Below, in pieces: positions 12,522-26,970 of a stretch of DNA of 64,000 nucleotides. The DNA lies in contig JAUCBJ010001165.1 of assembly GCA_032718475.1 (NCBI GenBank), forward strand, positions 1 to 64,000. The letters run 5' to 3'. The position numbers and the translations under genes are program-made. The first letter of the stretch is position 1. Each line of letters opens with the position of its first letter. The DNA is from Nemertoderma westbladi (lineage: Eukaryota > Animalia > Xenacoelomorpha). A model generated the notes under the pieces. The model saw nothing but the letters and a program-made list of their open reading frames with translations, had not been told where the DNA came from and searched no databases.

Positions 12522-14648
12522 GGCATGTCCGCCTGTGAAACCGCCACAACTTTCTAGGGGGCATGTCCTCCTGTGACACCGCCATCACTTTCTAGGGGGC
12601 ATGTCCTCCTGTGACACCGCCATCACTTTCTAGGGGGCATGTCCTCCTGTGACACCGCCATCACTTTCTAGGGGGCATGTCCGCCTGTGACACCGCCATC
12701 ACTTTCTAGGGGGCATGTCCTCCTGTGACACCGCCATCACTTTCTAGGGGGCATGTCCGCCTGTGACACCGCCATCACTTTCTAGGGGGCATGTCCGCCT
12801 GTGACACCGCCATCACATTCTAGTGGGCATGTCCGCCTGTGACACCGCCATCACTTTCTAGGGGGCATGTCCGCCTGTGACACCGCCATCACATTCTAGT
12901 GGGCATGTCCGCCTGTGACACCGCCATCACTTTCTAGGGGGCATGTCCTCCTGTGACACCGCCATCACTTTCTAGGGGGCATGTCCTCCTGTGACACCGC
13001 CATCACTTGATAGGGGGCATGTCCTCCTGTGACACCGCCATCACTTTCTAGGGGGCATGTCCTCCTGTGACACTGCCATCACTTTCTAGGGGGCATGTCC
13101 TACTGTGACACCGCCATCACTTTCTAGGGGGCATGTCCTCCTGTGACACCGCCATCACTTGATAGGGGGCATGTCCGCCTGTGACGCCGCCATCACTTTC
13201 TAGGGGGCATGTCCTCCTGTGACACCCCCATCATTTTCTAGGGGGCATGTCCTCCTGTGACACCGCCATCACTTGATAGGGGGCATGTCCGCCTGTGACA
13301 CCGCCATCACTTTCTAGGGGGCTTGTCCGCCTGTGACACCGCCATCACTTTCTAGGGGGCATGTCCTCCTGTGACACCGCCATCACTTTCTAGGGGGCAT
13401 GTCCGCTGTAACGCTGCCATAACTTTCTAGGGGGGATGTCCTCCTGTGACACCGCCATCACTTTCTAGGGGGCATGTCCGCCTGTGACACCGCCATCACT
13501 TTCTAGGGTGCATGTCCGCCTGTGACACCGCCATCACTTTCTAGGGTGCATGTTCTCCTGTTTCACCGCCATCACTTTCTAGGGGGCATGTCCGCTGTAA
13601 CACTGCCATCACTTTCTAGGAGGCATGTCCTCCTGTGACACCGCCATCACTTTCTAGGGGGCATGTCCGCTGTAACACTGCCATAACTTTCTAGGGGGGA
13701 TGTCCTCCTGTGACACCGCCATCACTTTCTAGGGGGCATGTCCTCCTGTGACACCGCCATCACTTTCTAGGGGGCATGTCCGCCTGTGACACCGCCATCA
13801 CATTCTAGTGGGCATGTCCGCCTGTGACACAGCCATCACTTTCTAGGGGGCATGTCCTCCTGTGACACCGCCATCACTTTCTAGGGGGCATGTCCGCCTG
13901 TGACACCGCCATCACTTTCTAGGGGGCATGTCCTCCTGTGACACCCCCATCACTTTCTAGGGGGCATGTCCTCCTGTGACACCGCCATCACTTGATAGGG
14001 GGCATGTCCGCCTGTGACACCGCCATCACTTTCTAGGGGGCATGTCCTCCTGTGACACCGCCATCACTTTCTAGGGGGCATGTCCTCCTCTGACACCGCC
14101 ATCACTTTCTAGGGGGCATGTCCTCCTGTGACACCGCCATCACTTTCCAGGAGGCATGTCCTCCTGTGACACCCCATCACTTTCTAGGGGGCATGTCCTC
14201 CTGTGACACTGCCATCACTTGATAGGGGGCATGTCCGCCTGTGACACCGCCATCACTTTCTAGGGGGCATGTCCGCCTGTGACACCGCAATCACTTTCTA
14301 GGGGGCATGTCCTCCTGTGACACCGCCATCACTTTCTAGGGGGCATGTCCGCTGTAACACTGCCATAACTTTCTAGGGGGGATGTCCTCCTGTGACACCG
14401 CCACTAGGGGGCATGTCCGCCTGTGACACCGCCATCACTTTCTAGGGTGCATGTTCTCCTGTTTCACCGCCATCACTTTCTAGGGGGCATGTCCGCTGTA
14501 ACACTGCCATCACTTTCTAGGAGGCATGTCCTCCTGTGACACCGGCATCACTTTCTAGGGGGCATGTCCGCTGTAACACTGCCATAACTTTCTAGGGGGG
14601 GGTGTCCTCCTGTGACACCGCCATCACTTTCTAGGGGGGATGTACTCC
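12522..14648 (+). repeat. 38-bp satellite (GCATGTCCTCCTGTGACACCGCCATCACTTTCTAGGGG), left part, ~56 units
   Basis: Direct tandem periodicity of 38 bp (GCATG at 12561, 12599, ...). The array resumes in register at 48541. Confidence 0.97.
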
Positions 14649-17426
14649 TGTTCGCGCTTTTAACCCTATTAGTACCGGGCTATAAAATGTTGTACAAATA
14701 CCGGGGGGGGGGGGGGGGGTCATATTGACCCCCCCCCCTCTAAAATCTACAAATATTTACGAAAACGTCTGATTTTTTGTTTGTACGTAGGTATCACTTG
14801 TCTGGATGCGACCGAAAAAAAAAAATTTCGAAAAAATGTACTGGGGTGGTTATATTGCCGCACCAAAATTATAAGTAGTGCACAATTTTCACAAAATTTG
14901 AAAGTTAAATTTTCGGCTAATTATTTTTCAATACAGGTTTTCTGGGGTGCAAAATACATTGGAAAATATTTAAAAATGATATGATTACTATAAATGGCTG
15001 TTTAGTCCTCTCTGCGTAGGAAAAAAATGAAAAAAACAAGTAAACAGCACTTTTCAGTTAGAACACAAAATTTTTAAGTCACTTATACGATGCTATAAAT
15101 TTACATTTTCAGGTTTTCGAGGGCGCTGATTCTAATGGAATACATTTCTAATATGCCAGATCATTGCTACTTATATTTTTCGGCGTAATTTGGCAAATTT
15201 TGGTGCTAGCACCAAATTTCATACCCATCACCAAAAAGTACAAGTTTGCGATGTCCAGTGCTGTTTTTATTGATTCTATCGGATTCAGGACCCTCATAAA
15301 CCCGTATAACGCAAGAAACAAGGTGATACTATCTACTTATCAATTTGCATATTTTCCAAAATTTGGTGCTGGCACAACAATTTTCACCCACCGGCGAAAA
15401 ATACAAGTTTGAGAACTCTTATGAAATTTTTACTGATTCCATTGAATTCAGAACCATCACAAACCCGTATAACGCAAGAAACAAGGTGACACAATCAATT
15501 GATATATTTGATGGTTTTCAAATTTTGGTGCTAGCACCACATTTTGCACCCACATCCGAAAAATACAAGTTTGAGATGTCTAGTTCGCTAATTATATTTT
15601 CTATTGAATTCAGAACAGCCATAAACCTCTAAAACGCAAGAAATAAATTGTCACAAGCAATTTTATCTATTGAATGGATTTTCAAAATTTCGTGCTAGCA
15701 CCAAAATTTGCACACAGCACCGAAAAATACAAGTTTGATACGCTTGGTGCAACTCGTATATATTTCATCGAATCCAGAACCCCAAAAAACCTCAATTGTG
15801 CAAAAATCAAGTTTCAAACAATCAATTTACAAAATTGACTTATTTCAAAATTTGGTGCTGGCACCAAAATTTGGCACCCACCAAAAAAAACAAGTTTGAA
15901 ATTTCTAAATCAATATATATGAATTCCATCCAATTTCTAACACCAAAAAACCGGTGTAAATCAAAAATAGAGATGTTACAATTCATATTTAATGAAATGT
16001 AATTTTCAAAAAACGTCTCAAAAAAAGTGCCAAAAGTAGGGTTAAAAAATGGTGCTATAACTCGAAAAGTACCCAATATTTTTAAAAACGGTTTTCACTA
16101 CTAGGAAGACAATAGATTTTTAGGAAAAGTCATAAAATTTCAGATTCCCAACTGCGTTTGTTTCAGAATTATAATAAAAAAACCACGGGGGGGGGGGTCA
16201 TATTGACCCTCCCCCGGGTTTAATAGGGTTAAGACCTTTGGCAGTTTAACCCGCCAAATCTATATGTCTTCTAGGTTATAAATCGACTTTAGCCTATGAC
16301 AAGTATTTGATACAAATAAATCCAACATTAGCCGAAGCCAGTCTATGCGCGACCATTCACCCACTGGATATACCCGGGAGACTGGATTTGGATGCATTAA
16401 TTTGATTGCGGTGCAGGCCTACCGTACTATTCGATTGATCGTTAATATATAATCTCTGACAAATATTATTCACTTTCGGGAAATATTAGCAGTTCCTTTA
16501 GGACGTGGCGCTCTATCCATATAAACAGAGCTATGACTTACACTATACACAACGGGATGGCTTATAGATCACAAAAGGTGCATTCTTTAGGAAATGCTTT
16601 GTTACTCGGTCAAGCACATACAGACTATTGCACACCACTGCACACTGAATTGCCGATATTCACTGATTTTAATCATGTATAAAGAGAATAGCAACCGACA
16701 TTTGTAGGGCCTATTAAGTAGCATTGAATTCACTACAAACCACGATAATGTATGTCGCAATTGCTATATGTAACCGGTCTCTCTAACCTTAGTGTATCAA
16801 GAAGATTGGGGTTTCTGATCGTTTATCAATATTCTCCAAATAACAATATGCAAACGAATGATACAATTAATAACAAACGGTAAATAGCAGTAAATAATGC
16901 GGTGAAAAGCAGTTTGAGTTTACAGCACGTAGTATGCAGTACCGTGCCAGACCAGGTAGGTAGTGTGCCAAGTTAACCAAGATAACAGTTTTGTGATCCT
17001 TTAATTAAAGACGTTCTAATGTTGGAATAATTCAGAAACATTCCACAGCCGGTGTTCTAAGCTGGGAAAAACGTCATTACTGAATCATGTGATTCTGCTG
17101 TACAGTTTTCATACAAAGAGGAAAATCTCTCTGATTGGTCAAACTGGCTGAGCCGAACAAAGAACCAAAGCTCCTGGCAAAAAGCTCTACGTGTACAGCT
17201 CAGCTGTTAGCTGTCGTCATAGTAACTACACTGTTTCAAGAGGATTTAGCGTATTGCGTCATAGAATTGCTAGTTATGTCCGCTAAAGTACACATACAGA
17301 AGAAATGGCTCTTTTATGTCCACTAAAACACCAGTACAGTAAGGATACGGCTTTTTAGGCCTGTTAAACCAACTACAGAGTACTTTGCGGGGAAAATAAC
17401 CAGCCAATTCCGCAAAAGCTTTTACA
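14649..17426 (-). repeat. Copy A 3' LTR (~1.2 kb net, interrupted by the TTAA element)
   Basis: TGTTCGCGCTTTTAA|GACCTTTGGCAG... matches 28405 onward once 14664-16232 is removed. Confidence 0.93.
14664..16228. mobile_element. Non-autonomous piggyBac-type (TTAA-specific) DNA transposon
   Basis: TTAA at 14660-14663 and 16229-16232; TIRs CCCTATTA...TAATAGGG; subterminal G-run-TCATATTGA-C-run palindromes at both ends. The empty site is visible in the sister LTR at ~28415. Confidence 0.92.
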
Positions 17427-17504
17427 CCGCTCCCAGAAAATGGGATTTAATTCTATAAAATATAAAAAATCACAGTTTCTAAAATATAAAAATACTCTAA
17501 ACAG

Positions 17505-19023
17505 TTAGTTTTTCTTGCGCGGACGGCGTTTACGCAGTTTTTTGAGGCTAGCAAGAGTCCTTTTCTCTTTGGGACGAGCCACTTTACTAGGAGTGCTGTA
17601 AATCCTGGGTGAAGGGTGCAATACAATTGCATCAGAAGGTTTAGGGTTACGGTCGATGTCTCATCCATTTCGATATGCTTCTCCTCAAGCTGATTTTCCT
17701 CCGCTTATCGTTGGATGCGTTTGTCCAAAACTCTTGCAGAGAATAGGGTCGTCCAAGTTCGATATCTTCTTAGAGATTCTGGATTTCTTGATCGAACTGA
17801 GATAAAGCCAATTCGTTTACCGCTTGGACTTGCTGTTACAACTTACGTTTTTCTAAACAAACGCAGGTTTCCTTTCTGATCTTTGTAGAATATCGTTTAA
17901 CTCGTTTCGTACAACGCTCTCCTCCACCTTGATGAAGGGTTGTATCGCGTTAAACTGGGACGACCATACGGTTGAATGGTGATATTAGGTGTCCGCGTCC
18001 AAATCCGGCTAGATAAGATGGGCGGATAGCTAGAGCTCACTGCCGGAGAGTTACTGATTAATTGTTAGGGTAGCACTAGATCTTTGAACAGTGAATACAG
18101 CTCGTGAAGATCCGTGATACTATCAGAATCGCAAGTCTGAGGTCTAATTAAGGAATGAGGAGGTCTGACCGAGTATTCCGGAACTCCGATCGTAGGTTTA
18201 CTCAAGGATCGTTTGAACCGAGTGAGCGTAGGTGATACGTCGAATAAGTTTCGCTCAAAACTCCAGTAAGTATAACGAGTACAACTGTGTTTAGCACAAC
18301 GTTTCCATGGATGTTTATGTCTTTCCGTTTATTAGTTGGGTCTAGGGTATTTATTGTGATAATACCAAAGACGCACGTCCTGCAGGGGAAACGCGAGTGA
18401 TCGTTCGCCGGTTTTACAATATTCCTCCATCTGTTCGAAGCTATCCGGTACAACAGGTAGCGGTCGATCGGCGGTAAGATACATCATAGTAAAATAGAGT
18501 CGTTTGAGTTCTATCATAGGGTCATGATGTATACCTTGAGGATATCGAGTTTCTAGGTTCTGTTGACTGGCAATATTGAGATATGTTTCGCTCAAAATTC
18601 CAGATACTCATTGAAGTTGCTGCTCTTATCCGGATCTTCAACGTCCTCTCTTTCGAGTCGGTTCCGAATAGAATTCTCGTGTTCTATTCTCGGTTTATCG
18701 TTACGACTACGCTGGGCATGGTATTTAAATAAAACCATTTCCCTTTCGGTGTCTACGTCGTCCGTATCGTGTAAATCGATAGAATGGCCAGTGGTTAAGA
18801 AGTCCATATACGTACCATTACGATGCGTGTAGCGAGCGGTGAATTTTCCATAGTCCAATTCACGCGTAAGTTGCTTCTAGGAAATCGGCGGTTTGATATA
18901 ACGACCATCGTCCTCCCTAGTAGTTGGACTAGCATCGCCGCGTATCAAGCTATCAACAATCGTTTGTAAAGGTAGAGTATATCATTCCCTGATACCAAGA
19001 CCATCTTCTATCAACTCCGTCAT
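17505..19023 (-). pseudogene. Copy A accessory ORF2 remnant (stops, frameshifts, large internal deletion)
   Basis: Homologous to 42532-46765: starts MTELIEDG, retains YTHRNGTYMDFLTTGH and ends near KKLRKRRPRK. A deletion near 17655 removes the exonuclease and zinc-knuckle regions. Confidence 0.9.
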
Positions 19024-20677
19024 ATCTGCTATATGAGTTTATTAATATTATAATGAGTTTGTAATTAGGCTAGCGAGCGTCGCTGCCTACCCCAATCGGC
19101 CCCCGGACAGTGCGAGATCCTTAGCGCCGATGTGCTGTCGCCGCGGTGCTTTCGCCAACGTAGTAGCTACACCACGACAACGACAACCGGCACAAGTCAC
19201 TCGACTGTCCGTCCCAAAGGCTTGGATTCACTTCAGGTTCTTACTGGAGAGTTAGGGTTACTTTCACAATTGCGACTCGCTACTGTAAACACACTTTAGT
19301 AGTAACATTCTCCTATAAACACATGAATTCCACACAAATGTCACAAATTACACACACTTGGGCCATTTGTCCGTTAGTCAGTGCCTTCCAGAATGTCATG
19401 TTATTATTATGTATCCTTGGATACTAGCAGTGCGCTATTTATTCCTTATGCTATGCAATGGGGCAAGCTTTCTATTGTTCTTTTTAACTCACTTCTAATT
19501 ATAGCGTTGGTGTTAATATGGTGACATTATAGAAAGCTAGCGGTAGAATTAGGGTAATTCCAATGCATACAGATCTGGGATGCTATTCAATAGTAATTAT
19601 TTAATGGTCAATATCCCGTTTATACATGATTTTATAAATTTTATCGGCTATTGACTTATACATTGGAGATTCTCACACTCTAACACACTTAATAGGATGA
19701 ATCTCCGCTCCCGTGATCTATTAATTAATGGGATTTTGGGAATGTTATAAATTGCATAAAATTGCAATTTATTAAATTCATTAAAATATGAACTCAAATT
19801 TATTCCCGGAAATTTTATTATTTGATAGTTAGATTGACACAATTTTGATTCCAGAGCATATCTGGGGACATAGGATCCTTGATTCTAGGAAAATTGTCTT
19901 TTAAGAGTATCGGTAAGTGCTACGATATGTTAATTCGACTAGGACTAGGATTTAAAGGATCTGAATTTTACAGATTTTGATTTATAAATTTGTAAATATT
20001 AAATAATTAATATTTGAGATGGGCACCGATTTATTCCAGAACTAGTCTGTGGACGTTAACCACTGATTCTAATATTTGTCTTTCAAGTATATCGGTGGGT
20101 GCCGCGATATCTTAATCGACTAGAATTACAGATGGTCAAAAGGTTTAACAGATTTATTTTGCGTTTTACGCTACTGTTAGAGGGACATCACGCTACTATA
20201 TGTATTATTATATATGGTATGAGAGCAATATCGCACGAAGCAATGTCAGTGTGAAGAGGCAAGTCGTTTCCAAGGTCTACCCAGGGCTTGGTTTAGCCGA
20301 GACACTAGGATCTGAACTTTGCATTCCTAATACTCTGCCTACCAATAATACTTGAATATAGTAGTGGCTTTATTGTATTTTAATAAGTACGGACATTTCG
20401 TCTTAAGTAGTCATGTATTTATAAGATAATACAGATAGTAAGGAAAGAAAAATAATTATTTCTTGTCGTCGCACTAAATATATATTATAAGTAATTACGT
20501 AAGTAATAAACACTAATATATATTGCACTAATCTACTAAATAATCGCTAAAATAATATTCTACTAAATAAAATTAAAGAACACGATTATAATAAAATTAC
20601 ATAATAATACCTACATAAATATAAAAATAATAAAACGAATTTAAAATAATATAGTCACACACCCACTCCATATGTGG

Positions 20678-23600
20678 TTACGTTATGGAGTCCCTAGATG
20701 TTTGTAGGATTAGGGAGGTGGTCGTGGGAAGAGTATCTTGCCTTCCACAGTTTACGGAGAGTCCTCTATCCCCTTCCAGTAAACATAAACGACTGACTGG
20801 GCGATTGAGTCGCTGCATCCCGAATACAATTCCAGGTTTCCTCTTCGTCCTGGAATAGTGACAATAGAAACATCGCTCTAAGTACACGACGGCCTTACAA
20901 AGCCGATTCCAAGAGCTATAGTGGTCCGTCGCTCCCGACAGGAGAGGTGAGAGTCCCTGCGAGACGTCTGGTGTTCTAGATCTCCAGTCAGTCTCTCTGA
21001 TCTCCACGACAGATCCGCTCGCGGTGGGGAGGTTCAGATCCACAGCGTCGTCCCTGGCAATGTGTAATACAGACAGATCTATCACGGGTTTAAATAACCT
21101 CAATTTACTCGTCCGGGTTTTAGGTTTGACTTTCTCCGCTCCCTTGGCTTGTCTAATCTCAGCCGGGGTAAGATGGGGAGGCCCTTCATTGTCTTTACTT
21201 ACGAAGTCGGGTTCACCTAACCAGTCTGGAGTATCTGTCAGTTCTTGAGGAGTTGCTCCTCTGGAAGCGATGTCGGCTAGATTAATCGTCTTGGGGCAAT
21301 GTCTCCATTGATCTACATTAGAGCTAATATTGTCATTATCTGAGGATTGTGGTGTTCCCTCAGTTGGGTCATCTCCCTCACTAGTATCATCTTCCCATTC
21401 ACTCACCTGGCAGACGCGATCTTGAGGCAGTCTTTCCCTGAGCGTTCTACGGGAAGGTCCAGTAAGGTACCAACCTACTCTAGTTCTTCCCGCATAGGTT
21501 TGTAGTGGTTGCGGTTGAGCAGGTCGTTTCTCCAATGTCTCTAGCGCCTCATGCGCGTTTTGACCGATGAGTATTTGTACTCCAGGATAATCAGTGTCGA
21601 ATCTAGGGATGTTAAGTTGCTGGGCGTAATCATCTTCGTCCCAATTATTAGGTTCCACCTGTCTGGTAGCGAAGTTCTTTATTGCCACCATCTTTACTGA
21701 CCTTATACTGTGTTCTCCTAGTTCATCCTGGGGGGTGGACAACGCACCTACATAATAATCCGCGATTACTGTAGATTTCCAAACCTGCATAATTCCGGAC
21801 ATGTTTAACTTAGCTCGGAACTTGGGTTGTCCAGCAAATATGTCTTCGGCTAGTTCTTTGTCGATGAATGTTCCTGTGCTACCGGAGTCAAGGAGGGCGT
21901 TCACTATATAACTCCTTGTAGGTCCATGGACCCTTAACTGTACTACAGGAAATTCTCGGATTCCTACATTGGAAGTTGGTGCTTTCCAAGATGGTTGTCT
22001 GTCAGAAGTAGTTAGGGGGAGCTCACCGTTGGTATCCTTTTCATACGTATGTGCTCGATACACTGCGATATTTATCTGATAACAGGATTCGTTTTCGTCG
22101 GAGAATTCGTACGTATAGAATCCTTCCATCTCAGAAGTTTGGTCAGTGTTGTTCACATCACTGAATTGGACATGTAGTTCGGACTCACTTACCTGACTCG
22201 AGCTGCTTCGTTCGAATTCAGTGTGCAACAAGATATGATGTTTTGCGCCGCACTTTGCACACCTTGCGTCGGAGTAACAGGTTCGCCGTTGGTGTCCTCG
22301 TCTGAGGCAATTATAACACAACAGCTTATCCCACATGACTTTACGTCGATCCCTTAATGATTTCTTTAAGAATTCATCACATCCACTTAAGCGATGGGGC
22401 CCGTCACACAGCGCACATTTCGGTTTGATGTTACTTACTTTAACCTGTGCTGTGTGGTGCACACTTGTTCTTTCCTCGGGCTTTCTTACATGAATTCTCT
22501 TAGGAGACGTAGGAGGAGTTTTTCTTACCTGTTCTCTCCTGTCATTGGTTTGAGACTTATATTTACTTACCTGTTCTTTAGGCGTTTTATTGACATAATA
22601 AGATCTTTCAGTGTCTTTCCCGCTGTCTTCTTCTTGAGAAGCCTGGCTTTCGCCGTTGTCGGTATAACACACTGGTGTTATCTTTCTCCTAGAAACGGGT
22701 TTCTCACTTACCTTGTTTTCCGGTGTCTTCTCTCTGGACTGCTTTAGGAGCTGTAATTTCACCTCGCCATCCAAGAATGACAAGAGATCAGCCATGGTAG
22801 GATCTCTTCGTTGTTGTTCCATCATATATAACACTGTCTTGTCCCAGCGTGTACATACTCCGCCCTTGGGCAAATTAGATGCTAAGGCTCCTACAACCAT
22901 AGAATTCTGGTATTCATGAGACTTACCTAACCAATCTAGTTGTCTACAGATCTCCTGAATATCGTCGGAAAACTCTATAATCCCGCTGCTAAGAAACTTT
23001 CGGGGCGCCATTAATTTCGCATATAAATACCTAGCTATGTTAGTCCTATTACCATACCTGATGTTCAGTGTATCCCAAACTTGTCTTAATCCATCTGGAT
23101 GTCCAATAAACTTTAACGCCATTAACTTGGGAGATCCTTCCAAGCACTCAATGAGGAATCTAAGTTTCTCTCCGTTAGATAGCACAGAGCTCTGTATGTT
23201 ATCTTTGTAATATTCATTAAAAGGTAACCATTTCATCTCATCTCCATTGAATTTGACGATCTCTCCCACCTTTACCGCTTGACGGGCTTCGGTTCTAGCC
23301 ATTTGACGCATAAAACTTTCTTGGGCCATCGTGTTATTGAATATCGAATTATCGGTATATAAATTTCTCGGATTATGATCAGGTCTATAGGGAATCTCAT
23401 TGTCCACAGGTTTATAATTACCCTTAATAGGGTTTACTATAGGAGTTTCCACTTCGCTAGCAGTATAGATGCGTGTAGGCTCCACACCTTGCGCATGAAA
23501 TACTTCATTGTTACATTGTTACAGGGGGTGGTGGTATACCCTTTTGTGTACTTACTAATTTATCGCGTTCTAACGCGATACTTTGCTGCACTTCTTGCAA

Positions 23601-25636
23601 CTCTAACCTACTTTCCCTTACTGTGCCCTTGAACTGCTTAACAGTCTCCTGCATCTGCTCGAGCAGGAGATCCATCCCCCGCCGTCTCTCATCCACCCAT
23701 TCGACCGCCGAAGCGGGAGTCGCCAACGTTTTAGCGGGCAGACGAGGGACAACGGGCGACAAATCATTAATATTTCGCTCGGAGTCCAGGACATGAACTG
23801 TCTCAGGTGTTGTTTTGGGGGGCACAGGTAGCTTAGTGCTGTGCAGAGGGAATTTAGAGGTAGGTTCAGGGAGCACAGGTGTCTCTATCACCGAAGGGGT
23901 GATTTCCAGAACAGGCCTAATTATTTCAGGCTCATCTACTATAGTAGGGAGTCTTTCTATTTTAATTATTTGGTCTGTGGGTTCTGTACTACCCAAGCCT
24001 GTGTTAGCTAGTTGTTTTCGAACAGTTGGGGGCAAATCAAGCAATTTTTGACGGTGGGACATTCTTCTACGTCTGCTTAGGCGAGATCGATTTCCTCCGC
24101 CTTCAGGATCGGTGGTATCGCCTTCCTCAGATGATGTATATCCCTGTCTTTTGGGAGTTGATCGATTCATCATCTGCATATTACTAGCTGTTAACTGTTT
24201 ATTAAAGTTGTCTTGCTTCTCTTGAAGACTTTCCAACTCTAGTTGGGTTGCTTCTTCAGATGCCCTCCGTTCTGCTTCTGCCACTGCTATCCTTCTTTCC
24301 GCTTCTGCCGCTGCCGCTTTCCTATCCGCTTCTGCCGCTTTTCTATATGCTTCTGCCACTTTTCTATCCGCTTCTGCCGCTGCCGCTTTCCTATCCGCTT
24401 CTGCCGCTGCCACTGCTGCTGCTGCTGTCTTTCTATCTTCTATACATTTTTTCTTTAACTGATCTTCTTGGACTCTTGTGATGCAGAGTTGTTCATCAAA
24501 TTTAGCTTGGTTTGCAGCTATCATATCCGCATCGATTGCGTCCAACACAAGCTTGGCTCCTTCACTATTAGGGCTAAGTCCCTCCAGCCGTCTCCTCAAC
24601 TCTTCGTCTCCTACAAAGCGTTGATAGTCTGACAGATAGATGTCAATAGCATCCCTCTTATGCAGTTTCTCTGCTGTTGCTTCACTTTCCACTTGAGAAA
24701 AGGTAGCGTCTGTTGATTCTCCAAGGTTTGAGCGCTCCTCTAACTGCGATTTCCACGGGGCAGTTCTTTGAACTTGGAGACTCACCCGCTGTAGCCAAGT
24801 CTTTACGGCAACTTGCAACGACGTGTCTTGTTTTCTTTTCGAAGCCTCCTCAAAGGCAGATAAGATTAGTCTGATTCTTAGAATTCTTTCTCTAACTTGA
24901 TAAAGCAGCTCTCCCTGCTCTTGAGGTCCTTGTGGTTGTCTAAACAGTTGTTCCTCTAATCGCTCCATAGAGCTGAAGAATCCCTGTACGTATCCGGCTG
25001 TTGACCTCTTCCATACAGCTGGATCGATGGTTTCCTTTGTTACTCCCAAAGTATGTGTATGTCTTCCCAAGCAGCTTCCGATAAGTCAAACGGTAGTCCG
25101 GGTCCGGGGGAGTTCCATTGCGACTCGACAATAGACTTCAGTTCTTCCCGTGTATATCCCGCATAACTATCCTTGGTCGATCGCTTACTTCTCGTCCAAT
25201 CAATCTGGTGTTCCTCCACCGCAATCAATACCCTGGTGAGTACGGCTGCAGGAAGGATGAGAAGGGGATCCGAATAAACCGCTTCTGCCATCTTTGCTCC
25301 GCACTCGGGTGTCAGCTCTACAGTATCCGCACTACTGGAGCTGTCGGGCCGCTGAGAAATAAGTTCTCGGCTCGCGGGTTGTTGCTGTTCCGCTGCTTCT
25401 TGGTCCTGCTTGACTTGAGCTCGAGTGCCTATGATAGACCTACGGTGTTGGACCAGCCTAGGGTCTGATATCACTACTGTAGGGATGACCTTGCTTACAG
25501 TAGGAGGGGACTTGGACTTTGGTCTCAGACGTTCTATACTCTTAGCTGAGTCCCAGATCTTTTTAAGACCCTGTCTAACACTCATTCTAGCACTTTCTAA
25601 GAGACTATCTAACAGTGTTTGTTTTGTGTCAGACAT
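20678..25636 (-). pseudogene. Copy A gag-pol, disrupted; gag and protease kept, RT/most of RNase H and integrase deleted
   Basis: Three ORF pieces (25040-25636, 23511-25070, 20678-23485) are colinear with copy B. The triple Cys/His knuckle and ALLDSGS are retained. Junctions SSDNDN|ISSNVDQWRHCP and YSRTK|RKPGIVF mark the deletions. Confidence 0.93.
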
Positions 25637-26970
25637 GTTTGATTGTACAGTTAAATGCCTACTGCTATATTACAGTTAAAGCAAGTCTAGTAATTCAGTA
25701 TCACTGTTAGCCTAGTAATTAATTACCGATACTGTTACTCAGTGTAACGTGATATATATACAATATATTAGAATACCGGTATGCTTATAGTATATATATA
25801 TAAGTATTATTACAGACTAGGTTTGTCACAGAATACCGGAATATAATTTTAGCACAAATATATATAAATATATAATAGGCCTATCGTGAATACCGGTATA
25901 CAGCTTACACTTATAGTATATATAAGTATAATTATGGACTAGAATTAATTACAGAATACCGGTATAATTTCAGCCTAAATTTATTGAAATAAATATAATA
26001 AGCCTATTGTAAATACCGGTATGTCAATTATTTTAAAATAATTGAATTTCTGAATGTTAGGGGTTACTTGGTTACTTTACCTTACTTTATTACCGTTATT
26101 TAAGCAGTAGTCCAACTGATATTGAGACCTAATTGTTGTATGGCAGACCTACTATTTATAAATCGTTTGAGTTGATTTATAATATTTATACCCGTATGAG
26201 GGTTTTTGTTACAATATTGAAATAGATGTTATTATTTCTGGGAAGAAGTCACTACACAGAAGCTGTGCGCTCTCAGTGAAGTGCTACTTGTTGGACACTA
26301 AAACAAATAATTATAATTTACCTAAGTTACTTAATACTACAAGTTACGTACAATTTGGGGTGAGATTACAATCTCTAAATAAACGCAGAAATTACACGTA
26401 CGAAATTTTGGGTAATTTTACAAGAAGTCTACAAACCAGCCTAACAGAGGGTTAGATTATCTGGTTATTACAACGGACAGGGTACTACGGTATTTGAAAA
26501 TAATAAGTAGTAGTAAATATACTGCGTTGTCCAGATAGGAAAAATACCACCGTCTGACGACCTATAGCCGTATCGCTATAGGTACTACGTTATGTATCAC
26601 GGAGTGTTCCTACCTAGAGATTAATTACCGCAGTCTACCAGAACCAACGTGGCTATTAACCACTTTACAACACAAATATACTGCCTACACACTAATTACC
26701 TTCGGAAAGCACTGTACACTAAACCCTAAATTAGGTACAAGTACTTATAAAACAGATAATCAGCAGTTAAAAATACTTGTACAGCCAAAAGAACCACGGT
26801 ATCTGCTGGAGTGACTGGGGCACAAGATCACCAGTCTTTACCTACGCCAAGCAGCCCTGATGTAGTACCGGGGTTAATTTAACTATAATGGTATGTTAAC
26901 AAGCACAATTACTGTAGGAATAAACTTGGGGATATGAATGTTGCGAATAATCGCATAAACTCTGAATAAT

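Noticed and set aside
10809-14648. 38-bp arrays as CRISPR arrays
   Set aside because: Units are head-to-tail with no unique spacers, there are no cas genes, and the context is eukaryotic.
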